A stretch of DNA of 63,987 bases, the filler included, from an uncultured bacterium (lineage in GTDB: Bacteria > CAYJRR01), in the NCBI GenBank assembly GCA_964372275.1. It is 3 parts of 3 records of this genome, joined end to end, with 100 filler letters (N's around TTAATTAATTAA, not from the genome) between each part and the next. Parts side by side here need not be neighbours in the genome. Positions count along the whole stretch, not along the records: positions 28,233 to 55,587 come from CAYJRR010000060.1; 2 more parts are not named here. The stretch is one strand, 5' to 3'. How positions within the stretch are numbered: the stretch's first letter is position 1; each line of letters opens with the position of its first letter. The translations under genes and the position numbers were made by a program. The notes under the pieces were generated by a model. It did no database searches and was not told the DNA's origin. It worked only from the letters and a program-made list of their open reading frames with translations. This document shows, piece by piece, positions 46,144-54,569 of this stretch.

Positions 46144-46740
46144 TTGCTCACCAGCAGCGTCTTGGTTCTCAACCGGTCGTTCATGCCCGTGCACATCACG
46201 AGCGTGAAGCGGGCCTTCGTCCTCCTTTACCAGGGGATTGCCAAAGCGGTCGACCGCCAATACGAGCTGTTCGACTACGACAGTTGGGCGGAGATCGCCT
46301 CCGACACCAACGCCGAGACGATCGGGCTGGTCGATCGGGTGATCCGCGTCCCGCGCGTCATCCTGCTGGTCGGCTACGACCGGCTTCCGAAGCGCCGCGT
46401 CCGGTTCAGCCGCCACAACATCTATCTCCGCGATCGCAATACCTGCCAGTACTGCAACCAGCCGTTCCCCAAAGCGGAGCTGAATCTCGATCACGTCGTG
46501 CCGCGCGCGCAGGGCGGTCGCACCACCTGGGAAAACGTCGTCTGTTCGTGCATCGCGTGCAACCGGCGCAAGGGGGGGCACACCCCCGAGCAGGTGCGGA
46601 TGGGCCTGGTGCGGCCGCCACGGAGACCCCACTGGAGCCCGCTCTACGGATTCCAGGGACGGGCGCTCACCTACGAAGCGTGGAAACCGTTCCTGAACGT
46701 CGTCGACGCCTCTTACTGGAACGTCGAGCTGAAGGACTAG
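46144..46740 (+). CDS. HNH endonuclease (McrA-like HNH family)
   Basis: VLVLN, RDRNTCQYC, LDHVVPRAQGG..TWENVVCSCIACNRRKG. Confidence 0.92.
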   Translation: MLTSSVLVLNRSFMPVHITSVKRAFVLLYQGIAKAVDRQYELFDYDSWAEIASDTNAETIGLVDRVIRVPRVILLVGYDRLPKRRVRFSRHNIYLRDRNTCQYCNQPFPKAELNLDHVVPRAQGGRTTWENVVCSCIACNRRKGGHTPEQVRMGLVRPPRRPHWSPLYGFQGRALTYEAWKPFLNVVDASYWNVELKD

Positions 46741-46761
46741 CCGTCATCAACGAGAGGGCGC

Positions 46762-47826
46762 ATGGGTGAGGGGAAGTCCGCGGCGCCGAGACGTCAGATC
46801 TGGGCGGTCGGCGGCGGAAAAGGGGGGATCGGCAAGTCGCTGATCACCGCCAATCTGGGGATCGTGCTGGCCCAGTCGGGCAAGCGCGTCGTCCTGATCG
46901 ACGCCGACCTCGGCGGCGCCAATCTCCACACCTGCATCGGGGTGAACCAGCCGCGCGCGACGCTCGGCGAGTTCATCCACCGCAAGGTGGAGGACCTGCG
47001 CGACGTCGTCAGCGACACGCCGATCCAGAACCTGGGCCTGATCAGCGGCGCCTACGACTTCCTCGGGGCCGCCAATCCGAAGCACGCGCAGAAGATCCGC
47101 CTGCTGCGGAAGATCCAATCGCTCGACTACGACGTGATCCTGATCGACCTCGGCGCCGGCACCGCCTACAACACGATCGACTTCTTCCTCACCGCCGAGC
47201 AGGGGGTGCTCGTCGTCCTGCCGGAGCCGACCTCGATCGAGAACGCCTACCGATTCATCAAGACCGCCTTCTACCGGCGGCTGAAGATGCTCGAGCCGCA
47301 CTTCGGCATCCGGGAGATGATCCAGACGGCGATGGACCAGCAGGGGGCGAAGAACGTCCGCACCCCGACCGACCTGCTCGAGGAGATCCGCAAGGTCGAC
47401 GACGACCGCGGCTCCCGGCTGATCCGCGAGATGGGGCGCTTCCGGCCGAAGCTGGTGGTCAACCAGGTCCGGGCCGGCGGCGATGCCGCGGTCGGACACC
47501 AGATCGCGACGGCGGTGCGGAAGTACTTCGGCATCTCGATGGAGTTCCTCGGACACCTCGAGTACGACGACGCCGTCTGGCGCAGCGTGCGGCGGCGGCG
47601 GCCGCTCCTGCTGGAGTTCCCGAACAGCAAGCTGCACCGCGCCTTCGTCCAGATCTCCGACCGGCTGCTCCAGGGGGCGACGACCGGGCCCTTGGCCGGA
47701 CACGAGTCGTTCCCGGCCGACGCGCCGGTGGCCGAGTCGTCCGCGCCTCCGCGCTCCCCGGGAGAGTTCCCCCAGGCCCCCCCGTCCCCGATCGCGGTGA
47801 AGGCCGGCGGGCGCGACGAGGGGTAA
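46762..47826 (+). CDS. MinD/FleN(FlhG)-like P-loop ATPase
   Basis: Deviant Walker A GGKGGIGKS, DADLGGANLH, IDLGAG, PEPTSIENAY. Confidence 0.88.
   Translation: MGEGKSAAPRRQIWAVGGGKGGIGKSLITANLGIVLAQSGKRVVLIDADLGGANLHTCIGVNQPRATLGEFIHRKVEDLRDVVSDTPIQNLGLISGAYDFLGAANPKHAQKIRLLRKIQSLDYDVILIDLGAGTAYNTIDFFLTAEQGVLVVLPEPTSIENAYRFIKTAFYRRLKMLEPHFGIREMIQTAMDQQGAKNVRTPTDLLEEIRKVDDDRGSRLIREMGRFRPKLVVNQVRAGGDAAVGHQIATAVRKYFGISMEFLGHLEYDDAVWRSVRRRRPLLLEFPNSKLHRAFVQISDRLLQGATTGPLAGHESFPADAPVAESSAPPRSPGEFPQAPPSPIAVKAGGRDEG
47740..47783 (+). repeat. Degenerate copy of the coding-embedded repeat in the MinD-like gene tail
   Basis: TCCGCGCCTCCGCGCTCCCCGGGAGAGTTCCCCCAGGCCCCCCC. Confidence 0.7.
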
Positions 47827-47829
47827 GGG

Positions 47830-48660
47830 GTGAAGTCGATCCTCGAGCAGGACCACTACACGCTGCTGGAGGTGAGCCCCACCTCGCCGAAGAGCGAGAT
47901 CGTCAAGGCCTACCACCGGCTCAAGGCGGCGTTCGATCCGGATTCGGTCGCGACCTACGCGCTGTTCTCGGTGGAGGAGGCCCGCGCGGTGGCCGTCCGG
48001 GTCGACGAGGCGTTCCGTGTGCTGATCGACGAGAGGAAAAAGGAGATCTACGACCGCTGGCTGCAGGCGCGGGCGCGCGGCGACTCGATCCCCGAGCCGG
48101 TCTTCACGCGCGACGCGACGAGCGACTTCCTGGTGGCGGCGGCGGTGGCCAGCGCCGGCACGTCCGACGTGAAGTTGTTCGAACGGCGCGCGCCGGTCCT
48201 GCGCTCGGTCGTTCCGCCGGAGCCGACGGACGCGCCGGAAGCGGAGACGGCCGCGGCGAGCGGCACGGCCGGGGCGCCCGCGGCCGCGGTCGGTGAGAAG
48301 GAGCCGATCGCCACGGTGCCGTCGGCCTTCCGGCCGGTCGCCGCGACGGGTGAGGCCGCCGCCACGCCGTCCGGCGACGAGGAGACGCTCAAGGTGTTGC
48401 TGAGCTCCGGCGGCGATCGGGACGGCGCCTTCTTCCGCGCCGTCCGCCTCGCGCGCGGCATTCAGCTCCAGTTCGTGTCCGACCGGACCAAGATCAGCCT
48501 CGCCTATCTTCGCCGGATCGAGGAGAACGACTTCGCCGCGCTGCCGGCGGCCGTCTATCTGCGCGGCTTCCTGGTGCAGATCGCCCGGCTATACCGGCTC
48601 GAAAACCCCGAGACGTTCGCCGACGCCTACATGGCGGTGGTCGAGCGGAAGAAGAGGTAG
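47830..48660 (+). CDS. DnaJ-like N-terminal domain plus RodZ-type HTH protein
   Basis: DHYTLLEV...EIVKAY...FDPD (HPD altered); C-terminal TKISLAYLRRIEE..F..LPAAVYLRGF. Confidence 0.8.
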   Translation: MKSILEQDHYTLLEVSPTSPKSEIVKAYHRLKAAFDPDSVATYALFSVEEARAVAVRVDEAFRVLIDERKKEIYDRWLQARARGDSIPEPVFTRDATSDFLVAAAVASAGTSDVKLFERRAPVLRSVVPPEPTDAPEAETAAASGTAGAPAAAVGEKEPIATVPSAFRPVAATGEAAATPSGDEETLKVLLSSGGDRDGAFFRAVRLARGIQLQFVSDRTKISLAYLRRIEENDFAALPAAVYLRGFLVQIARLYRLENPETFADAYMAVVERKKR

Positions 48661-48671
48661 ACGAGGACGTC

Positions 48672-48944
48672 ATGCCCCCCACGCTCAAGAACACTCCGGA
48701 GGAGGCGATGCGCCTGGCGCGCGTCATCGTCTCGGACATGGCCGCCTACCATGGCGCCAAGATCGACGCGGGTGTGCGGGACGACAACCTGTTCGACGTC
48801 CTGTCCGAGGAGATCGAGGAGGGGCGCGCGACCTACAACAGCCGGGTCGATCCGTCGATCCTCCGGTCCACCAACTTCTTCGACCGGGCGATCGTCGACG
48901 TACTGATCCTCCCCCGCGCCAAGATCAAGTCGCGGATGTGGTGA
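48672..48944 (+). CDS. Small hypothetical protein
   Basis: RBS GAGGA; AMRLARVIVSDMAAY helical motif; overlaps the rluD start. Confidence 0.7.
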   Translation: MPPTLKNTPEEAMRLARVIVSDMAAYHGAKIDAGVRDDNLFDVLSEEIEEGRATYNSRVDPSILRSTNFFDRAIVDVLILPRAKIKSRMW

Positions 48945-49999
48945 CCGCGACGTTCCAGGCGACCACGGCGGAGCAGGGGCGTCGCCTCGACGCCTACCTC
49001 GCGGCACGGATGAGCGAGGGCGCGACCGGTCCGTTCACGCGCGCACGCGTCCAGCGGTTGATCGAGCAGGGGCGCGTCCGCCTCGACGGTCGCACGGCGA
49101 AGGCGTCCGCGCGGATCCGCGCCGGGGCCCGGGTGGAGGTGGAGATCCCGGAACCGACGCCGACGGCGCTCCGGGCCGAGTCGATCCCGCTGGCGGTGCT
49201 GTACGAGGACGACGACCTGATCGTCGTCGACAAGCCGCCGGGGATGGCGGCGCACCCGGGCGCCGGTCGCGCCACCGGGACCCTGGCCAACGCGCTCCTG
49301 GGACGCGGCGGCCCGCTGCCGTCGATCGGCGGGGCGGTGCGGCCGGGGATCGTGCACCGTCTCGACAAGGACACCAGCGGGGTGTTGGTGGTGGCCAAGA
49401 ACGACTTCGCGCACGCGCATCTGGCGCGGCAGTTCCACGACCACGTCGCGCGCCGACGCTACGAGGCGTTGGTGTGGGGCGACCCGCCGCCGGAGGCGAC
49501 GATCGTCTCGAAGATCGCCCGCGATCCGCGGAACCGGACGCGGTTCGTGGCGCTCGATGCGGACGCGCTCCGAGGCAAGCGGGCGGTGACCCACCTGACG
49601 ACGGTGGAGCGGTTCCCGGGGGCGGCGCGCGTCGAGTGCCGCCTGGAGACGGGGCGAACGCATCAGATCCGGGTGCACCTCGCCTCCCGGGGATGGCCGG
49701 TGGTCGGCGATCCCGTCTACGGTCACCGTGCCCGGGAGCGAAGGCGGCCGGGCGATCGTTCCGCGCGTTCGCGCTCCCCGGGGGAGTCCCCCCAATCCCC
49801 CCCTGCCGCGCGTTCGCGCTCCCGGGGGGAGCCCCCCCAATCCCCCCCTGCCGGCGGACGACAGATGCTCCACGCCGGGCTCCTGGGATTCGAGCATCCG
49901 CGGACCGGACGGTGGATCGAATTCCGAGCGCCGGTTCCCGCCGACATGCGGCAGCGGCTCGAGGCGTTCCGCGCCGCGACGAAGGGACGCCGTCGGTGA
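48938..49999 (+). CDS. rluD: RluA/RluD-family 23S rRNA pseudouridine synthase
   Basis: S4 domain, VDKPPGM, GIVHRLDKDTSG, LETGRTHQIRVH, GDPVYG, RQMLHA. Confidence 0.93.
   Translation: MVTATFQATTAEQGRRLDAYLAARMSEGATGPFTRARVQRLIEQGRVRLDGRTAKASARIRAGARVEVEIPEPTPTALRAESIPLAVLYEDDDLIVVDKPPGMAAHPGAGRATGTLANALLGRGGPLPSIGGAVRPGIVHRLDKDTSGVLVVAKNDFAHAHLARQFHDHVARRRYEALVWGDPPPEATIVSKIARDPRNRTRFVALDADALRGKRAVTHLTTVERFPGAARVECRLETGRTHQIRVHLASRGWPVVGDPVYGHRARERRRPGDRSARSRSPGESPQSPPAARSRSRGEPPQSPPAGGRQMLHAGLLGFEHPRTGRWIEFRAPVPADMRQRLEAFRAATKGRRR
49760..49849 (+). repeat. Two tandem 45-nt copies of the coding-embedded repeat in rluD
   Basis: Period 45 nt; encodes SARSRSPGESPQSPP/AARSRSRGEPPQSPP. Confidence 0.92.
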
Positions 50000-50880
50000 A
50001 ACCGGGGATCCTCACCGCGCGCCTTCTCGACGGCGTTCCGCACGGCTTCACCACCCGGGTCGGCGGGGTCTCGGCCGGCCGGTGGGAGAGTCTGAACCTG
50101 GGGCGCCAGACCGGCGATGCGCCGGCGGCCGTGGAGCAGAACCACCGATTGGTCGCGGAGGCCGCGGGGCTTCCGCCGGAGGCGTTCGTCACCCCCGACC
50201 GGCAGGTGCACGGCGGCGTGGTGAAGCCGGTCGGCGCAGGAGAGGGTGGTGGGACTCCCCCCGGAAGCCGTGACAGGCGACTCTTCGCCCCCAGCGAAGG
50301 CTCACGGCGCCCCGAAGGGACGAATGCGCGGGTCGGTACCGGCGAGTGCGACGGTCTCTTCACCACCGCGCCCGGGGTCGCCGTCGGCGTGCGCGCCGCC
50401 GACTGCGTGCCGCTGCTCCTGTGGGACCCGGCGGCGAACGCGGTGGCGGCGGTGCACGCGGGATGGCGCGGCATCGCGGCGGAGATCCCGCGCATCGCCG
50501 TCCAACGGCTGGTCGCGGACGCCGGCGCAACGGCCGTATCACTGCGCGCCGCGATCGGTCCGGCGATCGGAATCTGCTGTTACGAAGTCGACGACGAGAC
50601 CGCGGCGCGGATCGATGCGGTGTCGCCGGGCGCGCCCCGCCGGGCGACCCGGCCGGGGCACGCCACGATCGACCTGCGCGAAGCCGTCGCGCGTCAGCTC
50701 CGCTCGGCGGGACTCGCCCCGGGCGCGATCGAGAGGGTCGGCGGATGCACCTCGTGTGAGCGCGATCGGTTCTTCTCGCACCGTCGGGATCGCGGCTCCA
50801 CCGGCCGCCACCTCGCCTTCATCGCCTGCCCGGTGCCGGCGGCAGGCCCGGTGCCGGCGGCGGGCCCGAGGCGACCGTGA
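49996..50880 (+). CDS. pgeF: Peptidoglycan editing factor PgeF (YfiH)
   Basis: HGFTTR.GG, QVHG, ADCVP, VHAGWRG, IGPAIGICCYEV, FFSHRR. Confidence 0.93.
   Translation: MKPGILTARLLDGVPHGFTTRVGGVSAGRWESLNLGRQTGDAPAAVEQNHRLVAEAAGLPPEAFVTPDRQVHGGVVKPVGAGEGGGTPPGSRDRRLFAPSEGSRRPEGTNARVGTGECDGLFTTAPGVAVGVRAADCVPLLLWDPAANAVAAVHAGWRGIAAEIPRIAVQRLVADAGATAVSLRAAIGPAIGICCYEVDDETAARIDAVSPGAPRRATRPGHATIDLREAVARQLRSAGLAPGAIERVGGCTSCERDRFFSHRRDRGSTGRHLAFIACPVPAAGPVPAAGPRRP
50238..50332 (-). repeat. Long structured variant of the coding-embedded repeat in pgeF
   Basis: Both repeat ends present (CCCGCGCATTCG...CTTCCGGGGGGAGTCCCACCACCC) flanking internal hairpins. Confidence 0.65.
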
Positions 50881-51770
50881 CGCGACGATTCCTGATCGTC
50901 ACGGTGTGCGGCGCGGCGCTCGTCTTCGCGCTGTCGATCGCGATCGGCATCGGCGTCGCCGCGCGCCTCCGGGCCAACCGTCGCGATTCTGCCGAGGTCG
51001 ACCGGCTCCTGACCCGGGCGCTCGACCGTCTCGACGCGGGGGACGTGGCGGCCAGCCGTTCACTGACCGAGCGGGTGCTTGCGGTCGCGCCGCGGACGCC
51101 GATCGCGCGCGCCAACCTGGGGCGGCTCCACAAGCGGCAGGGGGACTACGCCGCCGCGTTGGCGGAGCACAAGCTGGCACTGGCGGAGGCGCCGGACCTT
51201 CCGGATCTCTACTACAACATCGCCTGTTACTACGCCCTGCTGAAGCGGAAGGAGGACGCGATCGCCTGGCTCGCAGCGGCGCTCGACCACGGCTTCGGTC
51301 GACTCGACGTCCTCCGGCAGGACCCCGACCTCCAATCGCTCCGGGGCGACCCGCGATTCGATCTCCTGGTCCGGACCGGCCGCCTCGCGACCGGACGTGC
51401 CAGGCTCCACGTCGATCTCTCCACCCGGCGCGCGCGGGTCGACCAGCCGTTCGAGCTGTCGGCGGTGGTGGAGCGCGAGGCCGCCGGCGCATCGGGGAGC
51501 GACGCGCTCGTTCCGGTCGAGGTGCGGTGGTCGCCGGAGCCGCCCGTCGTCCGCCTGCGCGAGTTCCGCGAGACGGCGGTCGATCGCGGCGACGGCGTCA
51601 CGATCCAGCGCGTGACCGTCCGGTGGGTGTTGCGCGCCGGGACGGCGGGGATCTTCTCCCTCCCGCCGGTGATGGCGGAGGTCGGCGACCACACGGTGGA
51701 GGGGCGGGGACTGGTCGTCGAGGTGACCTCCGCTCCCGGAAGCGACGCCGGCGATGGCGGCGGGGAGTAA
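50877..51770 (+). CDS. Membrane-anchored TPR protein with C-terminal BatD-like Ig domain
   Basis: N-terminal TM; YYNIACYYA...DPDLQSLR; C-terminal AGIFSLPP beta-sandwich pattern. Confidence 0.7.
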   Translation: MTRRFLIVTVCGAALVFALSIAIGIGVAARLRANRRDSAEVDRLLTRALDRLDAGDVAASRSLTERVLAVAPRTPIARANLGRLHKRQGDYAAALAEHKLALAEAPDLPDLYYNIACYYALLKRKEDAIAWLAAALDHGFGRLDVLRQDPDLQSLRGDPRFDLLVRTGRLATGRARLHVDLSTRRARVDQPFELSAVVEREAAGASGSDALVPVEVRWSPEPPVVRLREFRETAVDRGDGVTIQRVTVRWVLRAGTAGIFSLPPVMAEVGDHTVEGRGLVVEVTSAPGSDAGDGGGE

Positions 51771-51776
51771 CGCGCC

Positions 51777-52640
51777 ATGACGGTTTCGGTGGGCTACGAC
51801 TTCGACGAGCGCCACGTGGAGGTGGACGGCGTCGACATCGCCTACGTCGACCTCGCTCCCGACGGCGGCGCGCGCGAGCCGCCGCTCCTCCTGGTGCACG
51901 GCCTCGGCGCGACGCTCGACCACTGGTCGATGGTGTTGCCCCTGCTTTCGCGGCGGCGACGCGTCCTCGCCCTCGACCTTCCGGGGTTCGGGCGGTCGTC
52001 GAAACCGGAGTTGGCCTACACGCCGACCGTGTACGTCTCGCTCCTCGCCGCGTTCGCGTCGCGCGTGGGCCTGGAGACCTTCGACCTGGGTGGCCATTCG
52101 ATGGGAGGGGCGATCTGCGCCGAGTACGTGCTCACCCATCCGGAGCGGGTCCGGCGCCTGATCCTGACCGACGCCGCCGGAATGACGCCGATGCCGAAGC
52201 GGCTGTTGACGTACCTGGCCCATCGATTCGAGACGAGGGTCGATCCCTCGCGGATCGTCCTCCCGCCGCGACTGGTCCGCTTCATGGTCGGACTCGTGAT
52301 GCCGGACGACCTTCCCTTCGCGCAGAAGAGCGTCGATCGTATCCTTGCCTCGATGGGCGAAACCGACTGGCCGCAGCGCGTCCGTTCGTTCGTCCGCTCG
52401 ATCTCCGGACTCTCCGAAGCGCGGGTGCGCTCGCGCCTGGCGGAGTTCGGGACGCCGACGCTGATCGTGTGGGGGGCGCGCGACCGACTTCTGCCTCTGC
52501 GCCATGGCCAACGGCTCCACCGCGGGATCCGCGGCAGCCAACTCGTCGTTTTTCCCGAGACGGGCCACTGTCCGATGATCGAGCGCCCGGACCTCTACGC
52601 CGACGAGGTCGAGCGCTTCCTGGCCGAAGGGGCGCCGTGA
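51777..52640 (+). CDS. Alpha/beta-fold hydrolase
   Basis: LVHGLG, DLPGFG, GHSMGG, WGARD, GHCPMIE. Confidence 0.92.
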   Translation: MTVSVGYDFDERHVEVDGVDIAYVDLAPDGGAREPPLLLVHGLGATLDHWSMVLPLLSRRRRVLALDLPGFGRSSKPELAYTPTVYVSLLAAFASRVGLETFDLGGHSMGGAICAEYVLTHPERVRRLILTDAAGMTPMPKRLLTYLAHRFETRVDPSRIVLPPRLVRFMVGLVMPDDLPFAQKSVDRILASMGETDWPQRVRSFVRSISGLSEARVRSRLAEFGTPTLIVWGARDRLLPLRHGQRLHRGIRGSQLVVFPETGHCPMIERPDLYADEVERFLAEGAP

Positions 52641-53578
52641 CGCACGGTGTGACCTGTCCGTCGTGCGCGGCGCAGATCGAGATCGGTGCCAGCGTCCTGT
52701 TCGTGACCTGCCCGGTGTGCCGGACGCGCTTCGCCCCGTCGGACGCGATCGACGGACCGATCCTCGAGATCGGGGAGATCCCGGAGGATCTCGCGATCGA
52801 CGAGGAGGGGGCGGAGCCGGGGTTCGAGGCGATGCCGCTGGAGGGGGACGGCGAGGCCGCCGAGGAGGCGGACGACGCCGAAACCGGTGCCGAGTCGGCC
52901 GCCGTACCGGTTGCCGACTCCGGTGCCGAATCCGCATCCGCGACGGAGACCGCGTCCGAGGCGGATCCCGAATCGGTCGGCGCAGTCGCGCCCGCCGCCG
53001 CGGCTCCGCCCGCCCCCGCCTCGCGGTCCGACGCGGTCGCCGTGCCGGTGACCGTTGCGCCGTCGGCCGAGCCGCCGTGGGCGACCTCGTCGACCTGGAA
53101 CTCGCCTGCCGCCCCCGCGCGCACGCCGAGAACCCCGCGCAAATCGCATCCCCGAGCCCGCATCGACGACCGCCCGTGGATCTCGGTCCGCGCGCGGATC
53201 GTGCTCGCGCTGGGACTGCTGATCGCCCTCGGGGGGGGCGCGACCGGCTGGGTCCTGTGGACGCGCGCCCACCGGCTCCGGAGCGCCCCCGACGATCCGA
53301 CCACGATCGCGCCGATGCCGGACGGGACGGCCGCGGTCGTCGCCACCGCCGGCACGGCGATCGCCGGGAGCGACGGCTCCGCGGCGTTCGCCGGCACCGC
53401 GGGAACGGCGACGATCGGAACGGGCGCGGACGCCTCGATGGGCGAGGGCGCGGCGGCGATCCTCTCGACGGCGGGCGAGCCCGTGCTGGAATTGCCTCCG
53501 ACGTCGACCCCCAGGCCGACGCCGAAGCCGAAGCTGCCGAAAAAGGCAACGCCACGCGGAACGCCACGGCGCCGCTGA
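52637..53578 (+). CDS. Zinc-ribbon, low-complexity, single-TM hypothetical protein
   Basis: CPSC...CPVC N-terminus, acidic/Ala-Pro linker, TM IVLALGLLIALGGG. Confidence 0.7.
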   Translation: MTHGVTCPSCAAQIEIGASVLFVTCPVCRTRFAPSDAIDGPILEIGEIPEDLAIDEEGAEPGFEAMPLEGDGEAAEEADDAETGAESAAVPVADSGAESASATETASEADPESVGAVAPAAAAPPAPASRSDAVAVPVTVAPSAEPPWATSSTWNSPAAPARTPRTPRKSHPRARIDDRPWISVRARIVLALGLLIALGGGATGWVLWTRAHRLRSAPDDPTTIAPMPDGTAAVVATAGTAIAGSDGSAAFAGTAGTATIGTGADASMGEGAAAILSTAGEPVLELPPTSTPRPTPKPKLPKKATPRGTPRRR

Positions 53579-53649
53579 TCGCTTCCTGATACCTTCCGGT
53601 CACGACTCCGGCTCCGACTCCCTTCCCGGGTCTTCTCGCGGATGGGCGC

Positions 53650-54552
53650 ATGCGCTACCGTCGCCCCACCATGATCCGCGTCGCCGACGTGCAGAAGCGC
53701 CTCGGGATCGTCGGGCGCGCCGAGGAGCTCGGGTCCCTGCTCGCCTGCGCGGAGGCGGGGCGGCACGTGTTGCTCGAAGGGCCGGTCGGCGTGGGCAAGA
53801 CGGCGCTGGCGCGGGCGGTGGCGTCGGCGTTGGGACGGCCGATCGTGCGCGTCGACGGAGATGGGCGGTACACCGAGCAGAAGCTCACCGGCTGGTTCGA
53901 TCCTCCGGCGGTGATGCGCGGCGGATATTCGGCCGACGCCTTCCTGGCCGGTCCATTGGTGGAGGCGATGCGCGGCGGCGGCGTCCTGTTCGTGAACGAG
54001 CTGAACCGCATGCCGGAAGGGGTCCAGAACGTGCTCCTTCCGGTGCTGGACGAAGGGGAGGTCCAGGTTCCGAAGCTCGGAGCGGTGAAGGCGGCGCCCG
54101 GATTCTGGACGATCGCCACCCAGAACCCGCGCGAGTTCGTGGCGACGAGCCATCTCTCGGAGGCGCTGCTCGACCGTTTCGAGCTGGTCGTGTTGCGGCA
54201 TCCGCCGGCCGCCGACGAAACCGAGATCTGCCGGCGCGAGGTTCTGTCGGCGCTGGGGACCGCTTCCGCTCCGGTCGACTCGATCGTCGCGTCGGCGGTC
54301 GCACTGGTCCGGGCGACGCGGAACGACGCTCGTCTCCGCCGCGGGGCGTCGGTCCGCGCGGCGATCTCCGTGGCGCTGCTCGCCCTCCGATTCGCCGATT
54401 CCGGCGAGTCGGCCTCCGCGGCGCTCGCGCGCGCGGCGCTCCTCGCGCTTCCCACCCGCGTGGAGCCGGCCGACGACGCGACGCTGCCGCTCGACGAGAT
54501 CCTGACGGAGTTGGCGGCGGCGGCCGCCACCGTCTCAAAAAAAAAAGCCTGA
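53650..54552 (+). CDS. MoxR/CbbQ-type AAA+ ATPase (short product of a candidate frameshifted gene)
   Basis: HVLLEGPVGVGKT, LFVNELNR, IATQNP, LSEALLDRF. Confidence 0.9.
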   Translation: MRYRRPTMIRVADVQKRLGIVGRAEELGSLLACAEAGRHVLLEGPVGVGKTALARAVASALGRPIVRVDGDGRYTEQKLTGWFDPPAVMRGGYSADAFLAGPLVEAMRGGGVLFVNELNRMPEGVQNVLLPVLDEGEVQVPKLGAVKAAPGFWTIATQNPREFVATSHLSEALLDRFELVVLRHPPAADETEICRREVLSALGTASAPVDSIVASAVALVRATRNDARLRRGASVRAAISVALLALRFADSGESASAALARAALLALPTRVEPADDATLPLDEILTELAAAAATVSKKKA

Positions 54553-54566
54553 CCGGTGAGCGGTCG
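54537..54566 (+). other. Candidate -1 frameshift/slippage signal: A10 plus downstream stem-loop
   Basis: A10 at 54537-54546; GACCG-GTGAG-CGGTC hairpin 54551-54565; -1 frame is open into the VWA ORF. Confidence 0.7.
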
Positions 54567-54569
54567 CTC

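Noticed and set aside
50829-50868. 18-bp tandem duplication (PVPAAG x2) at the pgeF end
   Set aside because: Trivial local duplication in a disordered tail
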